A stretch of 64,000 nucleotides of DNA from Escherichia phage Mt1B1_P17: sequence record NC_052662.1. One strand, 5' to 3'. Made by a program: the position numbers and the translations under genes. Of this stretch, positions 45,046 through 54,821 are shown in pieces (position 1 is the stretch's first letter; each line of letters opens with the position of its first letter). The notes under the pieces are model-generated. The model was not told where the DNA came from, ran no database searches, and worked only from the letters and a program-made list of their open reading frames with translations.

Positions 45046-45609
45046 ATGATTTATTATATTACTCCCTATCTGACAGGAAATATCGGCAAGGCTATCAATA
45101 AAGCCATTGCCGTTCTTCCAGATGATAGTTGGGTGTGTTTAAGAGATACCGATACAATGTTCCTCCTACCTGATCAACCATCTATGCTTGAAGAGCTTGT
45201 TATGTCAAACCCGCCTTTTGATGTAATAGGTGCAACTTGTAACAGGTTAGGCAGTGGTTATCAGCTTTTCTCTAACCAAATTAACGATGATCCAGATATT
45301 CTAAACCATATAGAATATGCTAAGATTGCAAGAGAATATCATAAAGTGAGTGTTGAAGAAGTTCCTTTCGGAACACCTCTGGCAGGTTTCTTCTTGCTTT
45401 TTAGAAAATCATTGTGGAATGAAATTCCTTTCGAAGAAAAATCTATCCAATTCGACTTAATTTTCTCTCGCACTTTACATGAAAAAGGAAAGAGGTTAGG
45501 ATTGATGCGGGGAATGTATCTGTTTCACATTTACAGATTAGGTCAAATAAATCCTCAACGGTCTATACATCATTTATTACACTGTCATGATCACAGTAAA
45601 ACTATTTAG
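45046..45609 (+). CDS. possible GT-A-like glycosyltransferase
   Basis: LPDDSWVCLRDTDTMF resembles a DxD nucleotide-sugar motif; tentative. Confidence 0.35.
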   Translation: MIYYITPYLTGNIGKAINKAIAVLPDDSWVCLRDTDTMFLLPDQPSMLEELVMSNPPFDVIGATCNRLGSGYQLFSNQINDDPDILNHIEYAKIAREYHKVSVEEVPFGTPLAGFFLLFRKSLWNEIPFEEKSIQFDLIFSRTLHEKGKRLGLMRGMYLFHIYRLGQINPQRSIHHLLHCHDHSKTI

Positions 45610-45617
45610 GAGAGAAA

Positions 45618-46301
45618 ATGGAAAATATTAAAATTGGAGTGGGTGTTATCACTGTAGGTGTCCGTCCACTTAAAGACTACCTTGTAACAGATCCACGTGC
45701 AGATTTTCGAGTATTCAACGATCCAGATCGTAAAGGTGTAGCTTATGCCAGGAATGAACTTATGCACCAGTTTTATGAAGAAGGTTATGATTATTGGTTT
45801 ATTTTTGACGACGATTGCTACCCAGTCATGGAGGGATGGGAAACATACTTTGTAGATCAAGCTGTCTCTGGAGGATGGGATTTCTTTGGTATGCCGGAGT
45901 ATTTCAAAGATAAAGTTGTTGGAAGCAAAGGAGAAGTTATTCTCTGGGAACTTGCAATGTGTCAATTTGCAATGTATTCTCGTGCCGTTGTTGAGAAGAT
46001 GGGTTATTTCCGTCCTTACACTCACGGCTATGGTTTTGAAGATGCTGAATGGGGACACCGTTTGCAAGCTGCTGGTTTGAATCATGGTATTCAGGCAACA
46101 CCTTGTCCACTTCGTATCATGGCTTATATCCACCCAGACGATGTTTTTGGAAACAACCCTATGCCTTTTGCTAATCTGACAAAAGAAGAGAAAGAAGCTG
46201 CTATCGGGATTAACTGGGAAGAATATAAAGCATCTTTAGAGGATATTAAAAATGGGAAAATCCGAATTTCCTATGAGGAGGCACTGGCACATGTCAAATA
46301 A
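45618..46301 (+). CDS. GT-A-fold glycosyltransferase-like protein
   Basis: DYWFIFDDDCYP (DxD) and GYGFEDAEWGHRL motifs. Confidence 0.45.
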   Translation: MENIKIGVGVITVGVRPLKDYLVTDPRADFRVFNDPDRKGVAYARNELMHQFYEEGYDYWFIFDDDCYPVMEGWETYFVDQAVSGGWDFFGMPEYFKDKVVGSKGEVILWELAMCQFAMYSRAVVEKMGYFRPYTHGYGFEDAEWGHRLQAAGLNHGIQATPCPLRIMAYIHPDDVFGNNPMPFANLTKEEKEAAIGINWEEYKASLEDIKNGKIRISYEEALAHVK

Positions 46302-47238
46302 AAAATGGTCTAAACTAAAAATTGATGCAAAACCTCATAGCGGTTGTGACTATCATCGTATTGTTATGCCATTTAACAACAATAATTTTCAACCTAAGAA
46401 AGATATTGTTGTGTTTAACCGTATCCACTCTAAAGGTGCAGAATACGTTTTATCTTTGAAACGTCAAGGTGTTAAGGTTGTTGTAGATTTAGATGATTTT
46501 TACCAACTTAATCCAGAGCATTATTTAGCAAGTCTATACGAGTCAAACACTCATGCTATTGTAGCTATGGTTAAGCTTGCTGATGTGGTTATTGTGACTA
46601 CAGAATATTTGGCATATAAGATCCGTCACTTAAATAGAAATGTCGTTGTGATCCGAAATGCACTTCCTTTTGATAGCGGACAATTCACTTTGTCAAATGA
46701 TCGTTCATCCGGTACCCCTGTTGTATGGGCTGGCGGTGCTAGTCACGAACCAGATTTACGACTAGTCTCTAATACTTTCGATGATGAACTTCTTACTATT
46801 GCGGGATATGAAGCATCACAAAGCATCACGGGACAAGAGTGGATTAAGATTCGCAGAAATTTACCAAATGCCAAATATAAAGCTGCTGTAAAAGATTTAG
46901 ATAATTACATGAGTGTTTACGAAAGTCATGCTATTGCTATAGCTCCTTTGGTAGACAATGATTTTAATAATTGTAAAAGTAATCTCAAAATCCTGGAAGC
47001 TGGAGCAAAAGGTATTCCGATTGTTTGTTCTAAGGTATTACCTTATTTTAACCCTGTAGATGCTCGCGCTGTTGCTTACGCAGAGAATAAAGCAGAATGG
47101 CATTACGAAATTGTTAAGCTTCTTCGCAATCCAAACTATCGGGAAGATCGTGGCTTGTTCTTGGCTGAACATGTTCGAACACATTATAATCTGGCAGATG
47201 CAAACGAGTTGCGACGCCAGGTTATTGAAAGTTTGTAG
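46291..47238 (+). CDS. GT-B-fold glycosyltransferase-like protein, paralogue 1
   Basis: C-terminal NCKSNLKILEAGAKGIPIVCS resembles the GT-B donor-binding helix; paralogue of 47246..48190. Confidence 0.5.
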   Translation: MSNKKWSKLKIDAKPHSGCDYHRIVMPFNNNNFQPKKDIVVFNRIHSKGAEYVLSLKRQGVKVVVDLDDFYQLNPEHYLASLYESNTHAIVAMVKLADVVIVTTEYLAYKIRHLNRNVVVIRNALPFDSGQFTLSNDRSSGTPVVWAGGASHEPDLRLVSNTFDDELLTIAGYEASQSITGQEWIKIRRNLPNAKYKAAVKDLDNYMSVYESHAIAIAPLVDNDFNNCKSNLKILEAGAKGIPIVCSKVLPYFNPVDARAVAYAENKAEWHYEIVKLLRNPNYREDRGLFLAEHVRTHYNLADANELRRQVIESL

Positions 47239-47245
47239 GTGAAGT

Positions 47246-48190
47246 ATGGGACAAATAATTCTTGACAATCGTAACGGAATCAATTATAGTGTCTGCGATT
47301 TCCATAGGGTAGTGCTGCCTTACTCAAGGCAGTTCTCTTCACAACCTAAATACAACGTTTTCGTTTTTAACGGAGTGCCAACAAAAGGTAAAGAGGGCTT
47401 TTTAGCCCTTAAAAACCTAGGCTTTAAAATGGTTATGGATTTGGATGACTCTTTAGTTATTCCAAAAGGACACATGTTAGAAGGTATTTTTGAATCAGGT
47501 ATTCGTGAACATTTAAAATGGTTTTTAGAGCACAGTGATCTTGTTACAACTACGACACCTGCCTTGCAAGTTGAACTTTCACAATACAATGATAATGTGC
47601 ACATAATCCCTAATGGACTTCCTTATGATGAAGGTCAATTTGTGTTGACCCGTGATCGCTACTCCAAAACTCCATTAGTCTGGGCTGGAAGTGAAACACA
47701 TAAACAAGATTTGGCTATCTTGCCCGATTTTGGTAAAGATCTTACAATATGTGGTTTTCGTAGGGATTCTGAAGTTTTAAGTAGTCGTGAATGGTCTGTA
47801 ATCAGAGAAAATGTAGCACCAACTTGTGTTTATGAAGGTGTAAGACCATATGCCAACTACATGGAATCTTACGATGGTCATCAAATCAGTCTTGCGCCAT
47901 TGATTGATAACGTGTTTAATAATGCAAAAAGCAATCTTAAAATTCTTGAGGCAGGTGCTAAGGGTTTACCTTTGATCTGTTCTCCTCGTGAGAATTATCA
48001 TACACAAGAGTTTAAAGATTTGTTATTCTTTGCTGAAACACCTTCCGAGTGGAAAGATATTACGGAATACTTATTAAGTGCTCCCGATGTTTGCATGGAG
48101 AAAGGATTAGCATTAGCTAAGTATGTCAGGACTCATTATCACATTGATGTGTTGAATGAGCGTCGTAGACTTTTATTTGAGGAGCTATAA
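47246..48190 (+). CDS. GT-B-fold glycosyltransferase-like protein, paralogue 2
   Basis: NAKSNLKILEAGAKGLPLICS; collinear similarity with 46291..47238. Confidence 0.5.
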   Translation: MGQIILDNRNGINYSVCDFHRVVLPYSRQFSSQPKYNVFVFNGVPTKGKEGFLALKNLGFKMVMDLDDSLVIPKGHMLEGIFESGIREHLKWFLEHSDLVTTTTPALQVELSQYNDNVHIIPNGLPYDEGQFVLTRDRYSKTPLVWAGSETHKQDLAILPDFGKDLTICGFRRDSEVLSSREWSVIRENVAPTCVYEGVRPYANYMESYDGHQISLAPLIDNVFNNAKSNLKILEAGAKGLPLICSPRENYHTQEFKDLLFFAETPSEWKDITEYLLSAPDVCMEKGLALAKYVRTHYHIDVLNERRRLLFEEL

Positions 48191-48468
48191 TGATTAACAC
48201 TTTTGATTTTGAATACACCACTCGTAACGGGAAAGCCTTAGTTGTGGAGGTGGATTACTATTATGAAGAGCCTAACCCGCTTTCTCGTGAAAGTGATTGG
48301 GATTACCACGGAGGGCTTTTAATTGACGGTATTCGTTTTTATGAAGGCTCTACAGAAGTTTTTGAAAAAGATTTAAATGTAACTGTAGCAGAAATTGCTT
48401 TCCAATTTAGAAAGCATATGGAAGAACTAGAAGCAGAATATATGATGGAGACTAACGAACCATTTTAA
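48190..48468 (+). CDS. hypothetical acidic protein (92 aa)
   Basis: ORF; overlapping start/stop. Confidence 0.45.
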   Translation: MINTFDFEYTTRNGKALVVEVDYYYEEPNPLSRESDWDYHGGLLIDGIRFYEGSTEVFEKDLNVTVAEIAFQFRKHMEELEAEYMMETNEPF

Positions 48469-48480
48469 CAGGAGAACAAA

Positions 48481-50259
48481 GTGTCGCACATTATAACTAA
48501 ATATGGATTTGATGTTGATCTTAGCAAGGAAGGGCATACAGGTTGTCCGCGCTGCATGAAAAATGGCAAGGATCGCTCTCGTAATAACCTGATGGTTTAT
48601 GGATTAGATTCTAATGGAGAGCATAAAGGTGCTAAGTGCTTTGCGTGTGAATACACTATTCCTAGCGTAGAATGGTTACGAGAAAATGGTGAAGTTTTAG
48701 AAGAAGAGGAGGAGATTGTGGGTTCGGAATTTAATAAACAGATTCATCGTAAAATTGTTCAAGAAACATCAACCAACCCACGTGGTTATCGAGGCATTAA
48801 AGAAAAAGTTTCATCTTTCTATGGTGTTCGTTATGAATACCGTCAGGAAGGGGATCAGATGGTAGTAGAAAGTTGTTTATATCCGACTACTATCGGTAAA
48901 GAATTGGTTGGTTTTAAGCGTCGTATTCATCCTAAAGATTTCAGTAAACCTATTGGTCAAGTAGGTAAAGATGTAGATCTTTTTGGACAAATTCGTTTTG
49001 CAGACCGTTCTCATACTGTGGTAATTACAGGTGGTGAACACGATGCTCTGGCAGCTTATCAAATGCTATCTGAAAACTTGGACAACAAGTATGAACTTCC
49101 AGCAGTAGTTAGTGGCACAACTGGTGAAACCAGTATGTATAAACAAGTTCAGGCACAATATCCTTTCTTTGAAAAATTTAAGAAGATTATTGTTTGCATG
49201 GATAATGATAAAGCAGGTAATGAGGCATTTGAAAATATTGTTAAGGTGCTGCCTCGTAACAAAGTCTACCGTATGCAGATGGATCTTAAGGATGCCAATC
49301 AGTATCTGGAAGAAGGTCGTGCAAAAGATTTCGTAAAAGCTTTTTGGAGTGCTCGTCTATACACCCCAGCAGGTGTTTATGCTTCTAATGTCTTGTATGA
49401 AGCTGCATTAGAATGCTTGGAATCCAAGATGATTACCTTGCCTCCTTTTATGCGTGTAGCTGCAAACATGCTGGGTGGTGGTTTAGTAGAGGAAGAGATT
49501 ACAGTCATCCTGGCAAAGACCAGTATCGGTAAAACTTTGATGGTGAACGAGATCACCAAACATATTATTGTTGCGCACCCAGAACATACCCTAGGTATCC
49601 TGTCCTTGGAAGCAACTTATAAGAAATATTCTCGTAACCTGTTGTCCTCGTTCCTGCATATTCCTCTACACAGGAAAACACCGGAAGAGAAATTTCAAAT
49701 CTTGGAAGAGAATAAAGAAAAAATCCTAGATTTTTACGAAAGAGAAGATGGATCACCACGTTTTTATGTATGTGATGATCGTGGAGCAGATGTGGAGTCT
49801 ATCAAAGAAAAAGTTTTGGAGATGATCATCTATTTTGGAGTAACAATTCTTGTTATCGACCCTTATTCTGATTTGCTTTCTGGTATGGATGTTCAAGCCC
49901 AAGAAGAGTTAGCAACATGGTTGAAGCGCATTATGAAAGAGTATGCTATAACTATTATCGTCATCTCACACGTTAAGAAATCGGCTAATGGTGGCAATGA
50001 ACACTTAACAGAGGACGATGCAATGGGTAGTAGTTTCTTGGCTAAAGGTGCTGGTATTACCTTGGCTTTGGAACGAGATAAAGCCGCTGAAGACCCTGTA
50101 GAACGCAATACGACTCATTGCTTTATCCTAAAAAACCGTGAGTTCTCGGAAACTGGTCCGGCAGGGCAGTTTTACTATGACATTAGAACTGCAACTCTGC
50201 ATGACAAAGAGCAGTATTTCAACAATCCTGCTAATTTGCCTACGGATAGCAACTATTAA
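48481..50259 (+). CDS. bifunctional DNA primase-helicase (T7 gp4-like)
   Basis: N-terminal zinc ribbon CPRC...CFAC, TOPRIM-like acidic motifs (GGEHD, CMDNDKAG), P-loop AKTSIGKT; GTG start. Confidence 0.8.
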   Translation: MSHIITKYGFDVDLSKEGHTGCPRCMKNGKDRSRNNLMVYGLDSNGEHKGAKCFACEYTIPSVEWLRENGEVLEEEEEIVGSEFNKQIHRKIVQETSTNPRGYRGIKEKVSSFYGVRYEYRQEGDQMVVESCLYPTTIGKELVGFKRRIHPKDFSKPIGQVGKDVDLFGQIRFADRSHTVVITGGEHDALAAYQMLSENLDNKYELPAVVSGTTGETSMYKQVQAQYPFFEKFKKIIVCMDNDKAGNEAFENIVKVLPRNKVYRMQMDLKDANQYLEEGRAKDFVKAFWSARLYTPAGVYASNVLYEAALECLESKMITLPPFMRVAANMLGGGLVEEEITVILAKTSIGKTLMVNEITKHIIVAHPEHTLGILSLEATYKKYSRNLLSSFLHIPLHRKTPEEKFQILEENKEKILDFYEREDGSPRFYVCDDRGADVESIKEKVLEMIIYFGVTILVIDPYSDLLSGMDVQAQEELATWLKRIMKEYAITIIVISHVKKSANGGNEHLTEDDAMGSSFLAKGAGITLALERDKAAEDPVERNTTHCFILKNREFSETGPAGQFYYDIRTATLHDKEQYFNNPANLPTDSNY

Positions 50260-50277
50260 GGGCTTCGGCCCTTTTAT
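50260..50277 (+). terminator. intrinsic terminator GGGC-TTCG-GCCC plus TTTTATT
   Basis: Hairpin immediately after primase-helicase stop. Confidence 0.6.
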
Positions 50278-50289
50278 TAAAAATACCTG

Positions 50290-50318
50290 TTGACAACTTT
50301 ACGGCAGAGACTTATACT
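50290..50318 (+). promoter_or_regulatory. consensus sigma70 promoter TTGACA-N17-TATACT
   Basis: -35 at 50290..50295, -10 at 50313..50318; drives CDS 50352..50783. Confidence 0.6.
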
Positions 50319-50351
50319 TGTCTCATCAACCAAACAAGAGGAGAAGTAAAA

Positions 50352-50783
50352 ATGCGTATGACAATCGATCTGAATGCAAAAGTTAAAGCTGCTGGTGCTC
50401 TGGGTGCTGGTGTTATTAAACACAAACAAGCGTTGGCATTTGCCATCCCACATATGATTGTTGAGGATCATCCTGAAGAGTTTGCTGTAAAAGTTGTTGA
50501 GAACAATGTTTCTGTTATTGAACATATCCCAACTGGACGTTCTTACCGTGTTGTTTCTTCTAAAGGTTTCCGTTTCGATGTAAGCCCTTCTTTCACAAAA
50601 GGTGCTGGTCGTAGTAAAGTGGGTATTCTTTCTTACAAATATTATATCGATAAAGTTGCAGATGGTGTTGCATTCTGTCGTGTAAGTGAAGGTAAAGTAG
50701 ATATCATCTTTAAAAATACTAAAAACATGGTTATTTCTGATGATGGTAAAGTTGACCTCACTATTGAGTTCGCTAACAACTAA
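50352..50783 (+). CDS. hypothetical protein (143 aa) behind a strong promoter
   Basis: ORF; RBS GAGGAGAAG. Confidence 0.5.
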   Translation: MRMTIDLNAKVKAAGALGAGVIKHKQALAFAIPHMIVEDHPEEFAVKVVENNVSVIEHIPTGRSYRVVSSKGFRFDVSPSFTKGAGRSKVGILSYKYYIDKVADGVAFCRVSEGKVDIIFKNTKNMVISDDGKVDLTIEFANN

Positions 50784-50792
50784 GGAGGACTA

Positions 50793-51587
50793 TTGAGCAA
50801 GTTGAACACACTTGATCAATATTACACTAACCCCGCTTATGCGGGGTTCTTATGTGATAAGATCAAAGAAATTTTTGGAGAGGAAGCTAACTACGTAGAA
50901 CCATCTGCGGGAGAAGGAGCTTTCTCTTCTTGTTTTAAAAACATAACTTCTTTTGATATTGACCCTAAGTTTGAAGATTGTATTGAGGCAGATTTTTTAG
51001 CTCAATCTGTTGAGTCTGTTGGTAGTGTAACTGCTTTTGTCGGTAATCCTCCATTTGGAAAAAATGCTAGTCTTGCCATTAAATTCTTTAACCATTGTGC
51101 TGAAATGCTGGATAACGAAGGTGGTATTTGTTTTATCTTGCCTCGCACATTTCAAAAAATCTTTTTTGCACACAAGCTAAATCCCCATATGCATCTTCTT
51201 TACGAAGAAGAATGTCCAAAAGGATCTTTTATTCTTCATGGAGAACCTTGGGATGTTCCTTGTGTATTCCAGGTATGGATTAAACGCAACGAGAAGCGTT
51301 CTCCCGTTGTTTTAGGAGAGAATCGACTATTCGTATTAGGTAACAGTAAAGACTACGATATAGCCGTTAGGAGAGCGGGAGCAAGTGCAGGTAAAGTGTT
51401 ATCAGAAGAAGATTCTTTATCTGAAGCATCTACCTATTTTTTAAAAGCCTTGACTTCTGATCTTAAAACGCGTATCATTGAGGCTTACCCGTTACTTAAA
51501 GCTGAAGCTAGTAAAACTGCGGGAGTAAGAAGTTTAAGTTTAAAAGAACTTCAGTGGGTTCTGGAGAACATTAGAAAGGAGGAATAG
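50793..51587 (+). CDS. DNA methyltransferase (N6-adenine/N4-cytosine type)
   Basis: SAM-binding motif EPSAGEGAF and catalytic motif GNPPFG; TTG start with RBS AAGGAGGA. Confidence 0.6.
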   Translation: MSKLNTLDQYYTNPAYAGFLCDKIKEIFGEEANYVEPSAGEGAFSSCFKNITSFDIDPKFEDCIEADFLAQSVESVGSVTAFVGNPPFGKNASLAIKFFNHCAEMLDNEGGICFILPRTFQKIFFAHKLNPHMHLLYEEECPKGSFILHGEPWDVPCVFQVWIKRNEKRSPVVLGENRLFVLGNSKDYDIAVRRAGASAGKVLSEEDSLSEASTYFLKALTSDLKTRIIEAYPLLKAEASKTAGVRSLSLKELQWVLENIRKEE

Positions 51588-54184
51588 TGAGTAAGTTTAC
51601 ATGGGATATTGAAGCAAACGGATTGTTGAATAATGACACTATTGATTATTTAGCTAGTCCTTATCGTCTCAAAGACACATTTCAAATGCACTGTATTGTC
51701 TTAGAGAACCATGAAACAGGAGAAATAGTAGCTTTCCACGATGGCCCTAAATACATCTTTGATGGGCGTCCTTATGAAGAGTCAGATGGTAAATACACAT
51801 ATGTTCTTAAAGAGTATGTGGCGCAAGATTACACACATTTTCAACTAAAAGATTTCCCAGATTTTATTAATCATGAAGGTTATTTTAAAGACAAGCCTGA
51901 ATATCTGGTTGAAATGGCTGTGGCTCACAACGGTATCAACTACGACTGGTTGGCTACAAAACTGTTTTATGGATTAGATTACAGTGTTAAATATAATACG
52001 TGGGGCAAAAATAAGGTAAAACTTATTGACTCCTTGATTTTGAGTAAAGTGTTAAACCCAGATCGAAAGATTGAGGGCAAATCAGGACATAGCTTGGCAG
52101 CACTTTCTCGAAAAGCAGGTGGTGATGTAAAAATAGATTTCCGTAAAGAGATTCCAGAAGAAGATCGATTTAAGACTTTTGCTGCGGATATGCTTTATTA
52201 CTGTATCTATGACAACAAAGCCAATACGAGCGTATATAATTACCTTATGGAAGAATGGGGTGATTATGATAAATGGGAAGGTCCATTTGAACTTGAACAA
52301 CGTGTAGCAGACATTATTACACGCCAGGAACACCGTGGGTTTGCTTTTAACATGAAACAAGCAGAAGAGAACCTTGCTTTTTTGGATGCAGAAATGGAGC
52401 GTCTTCGTTTACTCGTTGAGCCTATTTTGCCACCTAAACCAGCAACAAAAGGTTATCTTAAGGCTTTTATTCCACCTAAGTTGCAAATTAAAAAGAACTT
52501 AGAGCCAACTAACCATATGATCAATTTTGCTAAGAAACATGATGGTCATTTGGAAGAGAGGGATGGCGATTGGTGGTTAGTTATGTTGGGGAAAGAGTGG
52601 AAACTGCCAGTTGCAGCAGATGAGCCTCTATGTGATCCTAACATTCCTGCAACATTGAACGATACAACCCATATTAAAAACTGGCTTGTAGGATTAGGTT
52701 GGGTACCGTCTGAATATAAAGATAAAGACTTGACTCTTAAATCTGGCACCAAGATTAAAAAGAGCGAGGAAGAACTTCAGAAAGGTATTCGAGCTTACGT
52801 TGAGCAAACCCTATCTTCTAATTTTTGTCAGGATCGTTGTGATCATCTGGAGTGCACACCGGAAACCCTGGAAAGGAAGATTCAAGAGCGTATAGCAAAA
52901 GGTAAAGGTCGCGGTCTTAAAGTATTGACTAACCCGTGTTTTACCAAAGGTCAGGAAAAAGAAATTTGTCCTAACCTGCAAGCTTTGGGTGAGAAGTTTC
53001 CTTATGCTACACAGATTGTAGAATACTTAACGTATAAGCATCGTAGGAACTCTATTTTAGGTGGCGGTGCTGATTGGGAAGAAGATGAAGAAGATCAAGA
53101 ATACGATAAAGGTTTCTTAGCCGCAGTAAGGGCGGATGGGCGTATTCCTACCCCAGCCGCTACATGTGATGCTGCAACCTCTCGTATGAAGCATAGATCT
53201 GTAGCTAATATTCCTCGTGTCACATCTTTGTTTGGATGGGAGATGCGTAACTTGTTTGGTGTAGAGGTTCCTAAATACTTCCAGATCGGCTACGATTTCG
53301 ACTCTTTGGAAGCAAAAATTGAATCACACTACTGTTGGCGGTACGAGCCGGAGCCACACGAATATTGTAACGCTCTGTTGTTAGAGAAACCTAATGATGT
53401 TCACACAATGATGGCAAAACGTATCACTGAAACTATTGGACGTAAATTTGAACGTAGTCCTGCTAAATCTGTTAAGTATGGTATTACCTATGGTGCACAA
53501 GCCGACAAGGTTGCTAAAACAATTGGTAGCGATAAGTTTACAGGTCAATTGGTGTTTGATGCTTTCTGGGAAGCTGCATTCCCATTGGCGCGTCTTAAAG
53601 AACGTTTAAACGATTTCTGGGTTAAGACTGGTAAACAATATGTTTTGGGTATTGACGGTCGTAAGGTTCCTACTCGTTCTGCTCACGCGATTCTTAACTC
53701 TCTATTCCAAAGCGGCGGGGTTATCTGTGCTAAACGTGCAATGGTTATTTATGACGACATGATCGAAGAAGAAGGGCTAAGTGTTGACTTCTTTAAAGAT
53801 GACTGGAAGAATAAAGACTTCGTGCAACAAATGATCGCATATCACGATGAAGCCCAGCTTGAAGTTTCTCGTAACCTTGTAGAATTTAAATGGTTTTCAC
53901 CTGAATCATTAGGTTGGAAGAAAGTAGACGATCCTGAAGAACAAAAGAAAATTGATAAAGAATGCCTTGCTAAAGTTGAAGAATGGAAGCATAATAAGGA
54001 AAAAGAGACGGGACAAATTTGGGCTAACATTCATGAATCTCCCAAAGGTGGATGGTTTACAGCCTATAGTCGGGCAGGTGAACTCGCTGCTTTAGCTGTT
54101 ACTAAGGCTGGAGAATTTTACAATCTTAATGTTCAGCTTACTGCCGGATATGATGTGGGTAACTCCTGGGCATCCTGTCATTGA
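51587..54184 (+). CDS. family A DNA polymerase, T7 gp5-like, with 3'-5' exonuclease domain
   Basis: Exo I motif WDIEANGLL, DGRKVPTRSAHAILNSLFQSGG and C-terminal ...WASCH recalling T7 DNA polymerase; GTG start. Confidence 0.85.
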   Translation: MSKFTWDIEANGLLNNDTIDYLASPYRLKDTFQMHCIVLENHETGEIVAFHDGPKYIFDGRPYEESDGKYTYVLKEYVAQDYTHFQLKDFPDFINHEGYFKDKPEYLVEMAVAHNGINYDWLATKLFYGLDYSVKYNTWGKNKVKLIDSLILSKVLNPDRKIEGKSGHSLAALSRKAGGDVKIDFRKEIPEEDRFKTFAADMLYYCIYDNKANTSVYNYLMEEWGDYDKWEGPFELEQRVADIITRQEHRGFAFNMKQAEENLAFLDAEMERLRLLVEPILPPKPATKGYLKAFIPPKLQIKKNLEPTNHMINFAKKHDGHLEERDGDWWLVMLGKEWKLPVAADEPLCDPNIPATLNDTTHIKNWLVGLGWVPSEYKDKDLTLKSGTKIKKSEEELQKGIRAYVEQTLSSNFCQDRCDHLECTPETLERKIQERIAKGKGRGLKVLTNPCFTKGQEKEICPNLQALGEKFPYATQIVEYLTYKHRRNSILGGGADWEEDEEDQEYDKGFLAAVRADGRIPTPAATCDAATSRMKHRSVANIPRVTSLFGWEMRNLFGVEVPKYFQIGYDFDSLEAKIESHYCWRYEPEPHEYCNALLLEKPNDVHTMMAKRITETIGRKFERSPAKSVKYGITYGAQADKVAKTIGSDKFTGQLVFDAFWEAAFPLARLKERLNDFWVKTGKQYVLGIDGRKVPTRSAHAILNSLFQSGGVICAKRAMVIYDDMIEEEGLSVDFFKDDWKNKDFVQQMIAYHDEAQLEVSRNLVEFKWFSPESLGWKKVDDPEEQKKIDKECLAKVEEWKHNKEKETGQIWANIHESPKGGWFTAYSRAGELAALAVTKAGEFYNLNVQLTAGYDVGNSWASCH

Positions 54185-54202
54185 TCTAACGTATTGTTTT
54201 AT

Positions 54203-54223
54203 AAGGGGCTTCTGCCCCTTTAT
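54203..54223 (+). terminator. intrinsic terminator AGGGGC-TTCT-GCCCCT
   Basis: Hairpin directly after DNA polymerase stop. Confidence 0.55.
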
Positions 54224-54233
54224 AGGAGAAGAT

Positions 54234-54425
54234 ATGAGTTACGATTTAGATTATTTTGGTATGCCTTACCTACCAGATGAATTTGAAGGCGAAGAAGAAC
54301 GTGAATGGGACGATGGGGATATCCGTTGTTGGTCTTGTGGTAAAGATATGTCTTATGAACAACATATGCACAATGATGGTTTCTGCATACATTGTTATAA
54401 TGAAATTGATTTGGAGGAAGATTAA
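54234..54425 (+). CDS. small acidic Cys-containing protein, about 63 aa
   Basis: Internal Met with RBS AGGAGAAG. Confidence 0.4.
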   Translation: MSYDLDYFGMPYLPDEFEGEEEREWDDGDIRCWSCGKDMSYEQHMHNDGFCIHCYNEIDLEED

Positions 54426-54602
54426 TGGGAAATGGTATCATGATTTGCTATAAAATTGTGCGTATTGTCGGAGACGAAGTTACCACTCGGTATTTTATGA
54501 TAGAGTCTCAAGCCGATGAGGTTTATAATGACTGGCTTGAAAAAGGTGGATACGATTTTGTATCTAAAGAAACTTTCCGTTTAGAAGTATAAGGAGAAAA
54601 CA

Positions 54603-54821
54603 ATGCGTAAATTAGTGAGCTTTAATGTTTCAATTCTTGTTGATGAACAAAATGAAGATGTTATTAAAGGTCTTGCAAATAAGATTGCAGGTGGAATGAC
54701 GGAAGCTGAAGTGTGGGAAGAATGTGCTCGACTTTATGAGGAAGGTGTTATTGAGGTCTTGGGGGATGAGATTAATATGGACGATGTTGTAAAAGTAACT
54801 GTGGAGCGTATCAATGACTAA
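54603..54821 (+). CDS. hypothetical acidic protein (72 aa)
   Basis: ORF; RBS AAGGAGAAAA. Confidence 0.4.
   Translation: MRKLVSFNVSILVDEQNEDVIKGLANKIAGGMTEAEVWEECARLYEEGVIEVLGDEINMDDVVKVTVERIND

Noticed and set aside
52082-53000. Antisense ORFs 52082..52360 and 52546..52752 inside the DNA polymerase gene
   Set aside because: Embedded in a high-confidence gene on the opposite strand, with no RBS or recognisable features.
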